A DNA stretch of 20,000 nt, from NCBI GenBank assembly GCA_001724265.1, contig MEDY01000122.1:52745-72744 (forward strand), in the 5' to 3' direction. Positions 12,450 to 20,000 of this stretch are shown here, one piece after another (within the stretch, counting starts at the first letter, position 1; every line of letters starts with the position of its first letter). The position numbers were made by a program, and so were the translations under genes. Origin of the DNA: Rhizaria sp. SCN 62-66 (Eukaryota). The notes below the pieces were generated by a model. It was not told the origin of the DNA. It searched no databases and saw only the letters and a program-made list of their open reading frames with translations.

Positions 12450-15400
12450 TGCTGTTGCTGTTGCTGCTGAGTGCTGCTTGGATGACCGTGCGCGCTATAG
12501 CTCCCATGATGCTGGGTATTGTGACTGCTCGGCGGAGTGTTCGCAACGCCGTCGACGCTCCCAGGCGACCGGACCGGCCGACTATGGCTCTGGCGAGTCG
12601 TGGCGTCGTTGCTGGTGTTAAAAAAAACGTTATCACCCGTTGGCGACCGCGACAAAACCTCTGGAGTAAGACGTTTCATCGCGAAGGGCACCGGCACCGG
12701 CAGTGGCATCGGACTCTGGCTCTGGCTCTGGCTCCGGCTTTGGTCAACCGACCGGCTGCTGGCATCCCAGTCGTCGTTGTCGTCAAAGTCATCATTGTCG
12801 TCTTTGTTTTTACCGCTGCTACTTGCAGTGTTAACGATCTCGTTCTTGGGCGATCGTGACTGTGAGCCGCTGCTACGGGGGCTGCGGCGGAGTGACTGCT
12901 GCGAGGCCGCCTTGTTCTGAGTGGCGGGCGAGTGTGGGCGGGACTGCGCCCGGGACTGCGGCCGCGACTGCGAACACAGCCTACGCGCACTATCATCCGC
13001 ATCACCATCAGCAGTGCCATCGACGCCTGTGCTGGCTGCAGTCGCAGTAGCCGTTGCCATAGCAGCAGCAGCGGCAGCCTCGGAGGCAGTCCGAACTTTC
13101 GAGCGCGGGCTAGTCCTCGTGTTGAATCTCGTGTTCGTGTTACCAGTGCTGTTCTGCGACTGCACGTTCAACGGCGACTGCGATTGTGAGTGCTGAGCCG
13201 TATTGACGGCCCGGAACGGCGTTTTGCGCGGCGCAAACGGCGACGCCGCCGCGAGGAGCGCGCCCGTCGCACCCCTCACGCCCACGCTGACGCCGGCGAC
13301 AGCGGCGCCGAGGCCGCTGCCGCCTGCGCCGGCGCCGGGGGTGACGCTCGTGGCGGCGACCGAGGCGGCGGGGGAGACGCTGATGCTGATGTTGGTGTCG
13401 TTAGCGTCGGCGCTGTTGTCGCGAGAGAGCGTCGTCTTTGGTGCGGCTGAGCTTGCCGTCACGCCATTGGGGTTATTGTTATTGTTGTTGTTGGAGTTGC
13501 TCCGACTCGTGCGCTGCGAGAGTAAGGCAAAAGCTTCGTCAAAGTTTTCAGGAGCTTTGCCACTGCCGTCATGAGCAGCGCTGGCGTCACCGCCAGCAGC
13601 AGCGTCGCCACTTCTGGGGGTAGCATGCTGTTGTTGCTGCTGAGTCTTGCTTTTTCCCTTCCCCTTAACCTTCCCACCGCCAGTTGCGGGCACAGCAACA
13701 CTGCTGGCATCAAAGCTCGCACTCGAGCTATCATTATCATTACCACCAACATTCGCGACAGCAATGGCACTGGCATTGGCGGTGTTGCTGCTTTGCGGTG
13801 TTGCAAGAACAGGCGGCAGCTTCGAAGGGGACACGGACTGAGGGCCGATGCGCCGAGGCCGGCCACTTACATTCGAGTCGACACTTACGTTGTACAGTCC
13901 CTCGGCACGTACACCGCCAACGCTGACAGCACTTACATTGACGCTGCTTTGCAAGGCCGAACGCTTAGACGCGGCACCCTTAGATGCCAATGCACTTCCA
14001 TTCAACTCGCTATCATTACTGTCGGTAGAACTCACAGGAGCACCTACAGCAGCAGGAGTCGCCGTCGCGACAGGGACCGCGACGCTGGCAATGGTCGAGT
14101 GACCATGCGCGGCAGCAGCGGCAGCGTGGGAGCGGGCGCCGGCAGCAGCAGCGTGCACAGCGTTCATGGTGTTGCTGTTGTTGTTATGGGTTGAGGAGCG
14201 GATGAAGTTCTGGTTAAAGCTCGTGAAATCGCTGAAGCCGACGCTGTTGTTGTCAAAGGCGCCAATAGTGACTCCGTTTGAGTTCGCGTGAGCCGCTGCA
14301 GTCATAGCTGCCGCGTTGTTGCTGTTGTTGCCATTGTTGATGTTGTTATTGTTGCTGCTTGCGTTGTTTACGGGAGCGACTGTGGGCAGGTTGGACAGCT
14401 CTGAGTATCCCGGTGCTTGGGGCTGCAGCGGTAAGTACCCCGGGCGGGAGTGTAAGTACCCTGGCGGCGGAGAGTGCGAGTACCCCTGGTTCTGCCCAAG
14501 CAGAGGCGGACTCATCGCTGCCATGTTCGCGCTGCCAGAGCCGCTGCCCGCATGCGCGCCGGGCCCGTTGGCGTTGCTCGCTCCGTTTGCGCCCGTGCCC
14601 GCAGCGTTAGCAGTGTTATGAGGTCGGCCCCTGCTCTTGCCACCGGCGTTGACGCCGCCCACGGCAGCGGCATGAGCACTCGCAGCGCCAGCAGCGGCAG
14701 CAGCAGCAGCGTTGGCGCCGGCAGTGGTGATACTCTCAGCCGCACTGTTGCTGCTGCTAGGCGCGAAGGGAGCCATCGAGTGACCGTGAGCAGAGTGACC
14801 GTGAGCAGAGTGGGGCGAGACGTAGGTATTGTAGAACTGACTGTTGTTCACGGCCATATAAGGGTACGGACGCGGCTGGGACATGTAAGGGGGATGCCCC
14901 GCCATGTAAGGGGGGTGTTGGCCGCCCATGTAAGGGGGATTCTGGGGGTTGTAGGGCGGGTAACCATGAGTGTAAGGGGGGGCATGTTGCGAGTTGTAAG
15001 GGGCGTGCTGTGAGTTGTAAGGTGGGTGTAAGGGCCTGGTGTAAGGGGTCGGGTAGCCAGAGCCAGGAGCAATCATCGCTCGAGTGCTGCCATGACTACC
15101 ATTCGCACCTGCAGTGTTAGACTTGTTCTTATCAGTGTTCTGTTGTTGCTGTTGTTCCTCGACCGTGCTTTCGCTGTTGCCTGCAGGGGCTTTGTCCAAC
15201 GCTACAGCGCTAGTCGCAGCTTCGGTGTTGTTACTGTTGCTGTTGTTGTTGCTGCTGGCGCCAATCGAGGTTGTACGCGCACTGAAAGCGGAGAAATCTA
15301 GGGGGCCGTCGTCGGAGCCCTTAGACTCGATACCCTTAGATGGACCGACGTCCTTGGATTCAAGACCCTTAGACGGGGGCTGAGCACCCCTAGAAGCGCC

Positions 15401-18400
15401 CGTGGTCTGTCCCTTTTGTGACTGAGCGTCCGCGGCTTTGCCATTGGCGTCGGCATTCATTGTACTAGAAGCTGCTGTTGTCGCCGCCGTCGTTGCCGTT
15501 GCCGCTGCCGCTGCCGCTGCTGTTGTTGTTGTTGACGCCGGGGGCAAATATGACTGAAGTTGCAAGTATGACTGCGACTGCAAGTGCAGGTGCGAGCGTT
15601 GCGGGCTCAGCGGAGAGATGAACTTACCAGGCCCGCTTACATTCGCGCTCGAGGCGGTTACATTCCGGACCGAAGTACTTACACTGGCGTCACTGCCACC
15701 GCTATTTGTGTTCGCGTGAGTTGTCGCACCATTTGACGCCGTGTTAACATTAACAGGAGCAGCAGCGGCTTTAGAAGTAGCGGCGCCCGCGGCAGCAGGA
15801 GCAGCAGCAGCAGCAGCGGCGGCGGCGGCGGCAGCGGCGGCGGCGGCGGCAGCGGCGGCAGCGGCGGCAGCGGCGGGGCCACCCCCCTTTTTCCTGTTGT
15901 TCGCAGCCGAAACGACTCCGGCAGTCGCGCCGCCGGCGGCAGGAGTGACCGGGAGAGCAGCAGCAGCGGCCTTAGCGACGGCTTTCGTCTTGTTAACGGC
16001 GGCGACGGCGAGACCGTCACGCGCAGTAGAGCGATTGCTTGCCGTATCGTCCGCGTTTGAGTCGACAGTAGGGCTCGTTGGATCAGTCACGACATCAGCC
16101 TCGGCCTCAGCCTGGACCTTAGCGTGACCCTCAGAATTGCCCTGCTGATCAGCTTGAGTCTCACCATTGTCCGTTGCCTCAGCAGCAGTATTGGTCACAG
16201 TTTTGCCACCATTATCACTTACATTCGCACTTGCACTGTTCTTACTGGCGGTTTCAGTGGAGTTAACGCCGACGTGGAGGGGGTTGTAAGGGGGCGCAGG
16301 CGGCCGCGCCCCCGGCGTGTACAAATGTAAGTACTGCTGCTGTTGCTGTTGGTGTTGCGGCCCCTGCGCGTGTAAGTAGTGCACGTGTAAGTGCTGCATG
16401 TGCGCAGGCGTATGCTGCGAATATAAGCCGCCCGCAGCAGCCGGAGATTGAAGCATCGCCGTCCCTGCCTGCACCCCCCCGGCTCCTCCATAGTAAGGAG
16501 CCGGGGGGCTGGCCGCGACGCCCCGCTGCGGCAGCGGCATCGGGGTCGACGCCGCCGCCACCGCCGCTGCTGCGGCAACCGCAGCCTCCGCCGCCGCTGT
16601 CGTCTTGACGCCGCCACCAGCAGCAGTAGCGGAGTGACCGTGGGCAGCGGAGTGACCGTGCGCGGAGGAGGCGTGGCGGGCGTGGACTGCCTTCGGGGCC
16701 GGCGAGTGGGTGATCAAAGGACTCGTAATCACGAAATTGGCACTGACTGCCAATGTTGACTTAGCAGGATTGGCGCTATTGCCCTTAGCAGCCGCAGCAG
16801 GGTCGGCCGCGTTCGCTGCCTTGGGCGGAGCCTTTTTGGTCAACAAGGGCGTTTTGAAGCGGCTACCAGCATTAGCATTCGCAGTCGCGCTGCTGCTTGA
16901 GCTTGGCAAAGGAGCCGGCGATGAAAGGGGGACTTGCGGAGATGCAAATACTCCCTGACCCTTACTCCCTTTGTTGTTGACCGTCTGGGCCGCGGAGGCA
17001 CTTACACCTTGTAAGGGCGGCAGGGGCGACACCAGCACGGCTGACTCGGCGGCGGCACACTCAGCAGCATTGCCAGCAGCAGCAGCGTCTTTCACGTGAC
17101 CGATGCCGTTTCCAACAACACTCTTGGACGCGTTGGCGCCAGTATCAGCGTTAGCCGCGTTACCATTGTCGTTGCTGTTATCAATGGTGTCATCGTTGTA
17201 GCTCTGCTCCTGCTCCTGCTCATGTTGCTGCTGCTGCTGCTGCTCTTGCGGCAAGTGCGACTGCGAGGGCGGCTGCGCTTGTTGCTGCATCTGCAGCTGA
17301 AGCTGCTGTCGGTGCTGGAAGTTCAGCTGCTGCAGCTCCTGCTCCTGCCGCTGCTGCAGCTGCCGCTGCTCCTCCATGTGCTGCTGCTGCATCTGACGCA
17401 TGTGCTGCTCGTGTTGATGGTACAGCGCCTCCTGCTGCGGGCGCCCGAAGCTGGGGTTGCTCTCGAGCTCGAACTGTCGCCGCTGCTGGTATTGGCTCTG
17501 GAAGGCCTGGTATTGGTGGTGCTGGAGCTGCTGCTGGTGGCTGCGCTCGGCGTGGTGCTGGTGCAGCAGCAGCTGGTGCTGGTGCTGCTGCTGCTGTTGC
17601 TGATGCTGTGCCTGTTGCTGTTGCTGTTGCTGCAGCTGCTGCATGGGCATGGGCGGTTGTTGAGCCATATAAGGAGTGTAAGGATGGTGTTGCATCGGGT
17701 AAGAAGGGTAAGTACCCACGGGGTTGTAAGGGCCGCCCATGTAAGGGCCAGCTCCTGGGTAAGGCTGATGCTGTTGGTGGTGTGAATACATGTGCAGCTG
17801 GGTGGGAAAATGCTGCGACGGCATGTGTGGCGGCTGCTGCTGCTGCCTTTGCGTCATAGCGTTGCTCTTATTAGCCGCCGCCGCCGCTGCAGCAGCAGCG
17901 GCCGTGACCGCCGCCGCCGCCGCCGCCGCCGCCGTCGTCGTCTCCATTTTCGCGCCCACCGAGGCGCCGCTGTCTTTGGCCGCGGCCTTGCGGGCCTTGA
18001 CCGAGGGAACCGTTGGGCGGCCTGACTTCGATTCGCCGCCAGCAGCGCCGTTGCCGACCGTAGTGGCAGCAGTTGCCGACAAAGCGTTCGGGTTGCTGTT
18101 GTAGGCGTTGGCAGCGGTGCTCGCGATGCCAACGCCCGCCCCGACGGCTGTGTTACCAATGGGATTGAAACTGAGACTGCGGCTGACCGTCGCAGCACCC
18201 GTGGCAGCGGCCCCAGTGGGTCCGCTGGCGCTGCCGTAGTTGACTGCGATGCCTGCACTGGGGTGTTGTGCGGCGAGGTTGACGTTCCCGCTTGAGTTGC
18301 TGTTAACGGTGAGCGCAGGATTGGCGCTCAAAGCGTTCGGGATGGCGTTACTGTTAGCTGTTGCTGTTGACGCAACTGCAGAGTCGGCGTCAAATGAGAA

Positions 18401-18430
18401 CGAGTAAAGGATTAAATACGCGCCATTCTC
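11309..18430 (-). CDS. Terminal exon (2,373 aa) of a large, mostly disordered protein with poly-Q, poly-A, PY-rich and N/S-rich tracts
   Basis: The ORF extends upstream of the TTG at 18331 to an acceptor TTATAG| (AG at 18432-18431). The exon starts in phase 0 with ENGAYLILYSFSFDADS and ends DDEEYE-TGA (11311-11309). Confidence 0.85.
12403..12469 (-). repeat. (CAG/CAA)n coding microsatellite, poly-Gln (Q17-H-Q4)
   Basis: Run of (gct/gtt) triplets on +, in frame in gene 2. Confidence 0.9.
14880..15050 (-). repeat. Degenerate 6-8 aa PPY/APY peptide repeat (HPPYNSQ-HAPYNSQ-HAPPYTHG-YPPYNPQ-NPPYMGGQ-HPPYMAG-HPPYMSQ)
   Basis: Recurring TGTAAGGG on + at roughly 21-24 nt spacing. Confidence 0.8.
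15800..15874 (-). repeat. (GCC/GCT)25 poly-Ala tract
   Basis: 25 consecutive Ala codons in gene 2. Confidence 0.9.
17205..17645 (-). repeat. Gln/His-rich low-complexity region (CAG-rich)
   Basis: Dense (ctg)n on +; translation QQLQQQQQQQAQHQQQQQQHQHQ...QEQQQQQQHEQEQEQ. Confidence 0.85.
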
Positions 18431-18636
18431 CTATAAGCCGCACAAATGATGCACAAAGAAAACATCCAAGCATACAATAACGTGACCGTGTGAGGAGGCG
18501 ACACACAAACGACAAATTAATGCGTCATATACACGAAAAGCAATGTAAAACAAGCCAACATATATGAGATTGTAATAGATGCACTATGCCATAAAATCGC
18601 ATCATCGCGGCGACATCTTTGTTGCTAAAAACGTAC
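18431..18636 (-). other. Spliceosomal GT-AG intron, 206 nt, phase 0
   Basis: Donor GTACGT at 18636, acceptor TTATAG ending 18431, AT-rich body. It has the same GTACG/TTATAG signature as the FRY intron and joins ...KKLNKE to ENGAYL... Confidence 0.8.
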
Positions 18637-18909
18637 TTCTTTGTTAAGCTTCTTGCAAATGTCGCCGATCGTAGGTATGTCAGCCTTGGCAGTCTTGTTC
18701 TTACCACCGCTGCCAGACTAGAGCGTCACCGTCGCGTCCGTGTGCGCAAGCAGCGTTAGCTTCGGCGGCTTCCCGCCCCACAACGAGGCCGGGGTGAGGC
18801 GCTAGTGGAGCCGTTTGACGGCCTTGGTCGACAGCCAGGAAGCGGGGAGCTAGAAATCGCGCGTGCTTTTGCTGCCCGTGCGCTCGACGATGCGTCCCAT
18901 TTCGAATGG
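18637..18909 (-). CDS. Exon 2 (91 codons) of gene 2, with three in-frame TAG codons: PFEMGRIVERTGSKSTRDF*LPASWLSTKAVKRLH*RLTPASLWGGKPPKLTLLAHTDATVTL*SGSGGKNKTAKADIPTIGDICKKLNKE
   Basis: GC-rich island bounded by acceptor GTACAG| (AG at 18911-18910) and donor |GTACGT (18636), both phase 0. Hand count gives 71/91 codons ending in G/C. The translation resembles the TKI1/CRAMP1 conserved domain. Confidence 0.72.
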
Positions 18910-19093
18910 CTGTACGGTAAAATATGGAGAATCGTATAATTAGTAGTATGACAAAGTATTGATGAGACATACCCAAATATGGATGCATACCAAGCGAAAG
19001 AGAGAAACGGTGGTGGAGAGTCATCGGAGGGAACGTTGCACGAGACGGTCTATATCGCGGCTTAACAAAGGGAAGTAGTAATAGATAACGTAC
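18910..19093 (-). other. Spliceosomal GT-AG intron, 184 nt, phase 0
   Basis: Donor GTACGT at 19093, branch-point-like TACTAAT about 30 nt before the CAG acceptor ending 18910, pyrimidine/AT-rich body. Confidence 0.7.
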
Positions 19094-19138
19094 AAATGGA
19101 ATGAGTCGGAGGGTGACTGTGCTGCCGTCCGACGCCAT
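19094..19138 (-). CDS. Probable first coding exon of gene 2 (MASDGSTVTLRLIPF)
   Basis: ATG at 19138 (context CACATGG), 15 codons, then a GTACGT donor in phase 0. VTLRLIP resembles the TKI1/CRAMP1 motif IKLQLFP. Confidence 0.68.
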
Positions 19139-19708
19139 GTGTATAGAAAGAAAGCTAGCCCGCGGACGGGTGCCTGTGGGTTGCAGAGGGGGATGGCGAG
19201 TGCATGTGAGAAAGTGGGAGCGCGGGAATGAGTGCATAGAGTATCAATAGGCGTTTCAGGAAATATAATAAGGTAGTCAAGTATAAAAGTGGATTTTAAA
19301 ATCGATATCTGAACAACGCATCTGTTAACGGATATCGTGCATCGCTGGATACGTTCGAAGATAAGTGATCTGGAAGGCGCGAGAACGACTCGTTTCGCAT
19401 CACGTAACTCTACCAGAGCCAATATACTTTTTACGTCATTTAACGACCAGACTCTTGAGATATGCAAAGAAATTGATAGCGTTATGATATAAAAAGATAA
19501 GTTGAATTGATTTGAAGACTTCGATGTGTATGATTATGAGTTTCTTTCGCAGCAGCCCGCCTTGAAGGACGAGCCCAAAGCGAGAGCAAACTTCAGTCTA
19601 TCTAGAGAAGAGAGAGTGAGATAATGAATGGGTGAGTGCAAAGAGTGCGCAGTAATGCCGCACTCTTACACCAGAGCGGCTAAACTACTCATACTCGTCA
19701 TCACCAGC

Positions 19709-19786
19709 GCAACAGCAGCAGCAGCAGCAGCGCAGAGCGCAGCCGCAACAGCAGCAGTAGCAGCGGTGACAACAGCAACAGCAGCA
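19709..19786. repeat. Non-coding (GCA)n-type trinucleotide tract in the RPS18 3' UTR/downstream region
   Basis: gcaacagcagcagcagcagcagcagcg...acagcagcagtagcagcg...acagcaacagcagca, 45-125 nt after the RPS18 stop. Confidence 0.7.
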
Positions 19787-19831
19787 AAGCTCGCCTCAGT
19801 GACGGCGGTGGCTCGTTGGTGGTGAGCGCAT

Positions 19832-20000
19832 TTACTTGCCAGCAATGAGGGAGGTGGTGCCACGGTGACGGCCGTTGCTCTTGGTGTGCTGGCCACGGAC
19901 GCGGATGTTCCAGTGGTGACGGAGACCACGGTGGACACGGTTGCGCTTCATGCGCTCGAGGTCGTTACGGAGGCAAGTGTCAACGGTGGAGCCGATGAGC
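19832..20000 (-). CDS. RPS18: 40S ribosomal protein S18 (uS13), C-terminal part, 5'-truncated by the window; absent from the supplied ORF track
   Basis: Frame starting at 19999 reads [58 protein letters not shown] (19834-19832). This matches the uS13 signature [35 protein letters not shown]. Confidence 0.96.
   Translation of the reverse strand, partial: LIGSTVDTCLRNDLERMKRNRVHRGLRHHWNIRVRGQHTKSNGRHRGTTSLIAGK

Noticed and set aside
14880-15050. CRISPR-like or telomere-like array
   Set aside because: Units are short, degenerate and in frame within a eukaryotic exon, with no repeat-spacer structure.
11336-18104. Numerous plus-strand ORFs opposite gene 2
   Set aside because: Antisense shadows of poly-Q/A/N tracts (poly-L, poly-C, poly-A translations).
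18718-18888. TAGs as acceptors of tiny in-frame introns (GT...TAG of 12, 18 and 39 nt)
   Set aside because: They are GC-rich, vary in length, lack the GTACG donor, and removing them would break the gap-free domain alignment.
18973-18995. LGMHPYL peptide in intron 1, resembling TKI1 GHHPYL
   Set aside because: No canonical splice path links it to the coding-biased frame of exon 2; treated as coincidence.
18701-19237. 178-aa stop-free minus ORF, and a TAG-avoiding model (GTAAG donor at 18704 spliced to a CAG near 18351)
   Set aside because: It runs through AT-rich intron-like sequence, has weaker GC3 with many CGA/CTA/CAA codons, needs an acceptor lacking a pyrimidine tract and loses the TKI1-like alignment. 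It cannot be formally excluded without RNA data.
19628-19938. Ala-rich ORFs 19628..19825 (+) and 19666..19938 (-)
   Set aside because: Out-of-frame overlap with RPS18 plus the trinucleotide tract in its 3' region.

Overview
Gene-dense eukaryotic DNA, probably from a protist, with GC-rich exons and AT-rich introns and spacers. It holds three protein-coding genes. (1) The 3' part of a very large Furry/Tao3/MOR2 (FRY) family gene on + (<1..1979, 2100..10812; one 120-nt GT-AG intron; TAA stop). (2) A convergent three-exon gene on - (19138..19094, 18909..18637, 18430..11309; about 2,480 aa; TGA stop), with a short N-terminal domain resembling TKI1/CRAMP1 followed by a huge low-complexity region. 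(3) The 3' end of 40S ribosomal protein S18 (uS13) on - (>20000..19832; TAA stop). The standout observation is that exon 2 of gene 2 has clean splice sites and coding-like codon bias but contains three in-frame TAG codons and no CAG/CAA. The roughly 5,900 codons in the long exons have no TAG, and no gene here ends in TAG. This points to UAG being read as an amino acid (probably Gln) or edited, in a 5'-restricted way. Two short DNA motifs (GTGACCGTG and clustered TAAG/TAAGTACCC) also recur across genes, strands and reading frames. Family assignments come from recalled motifs, not database searches.
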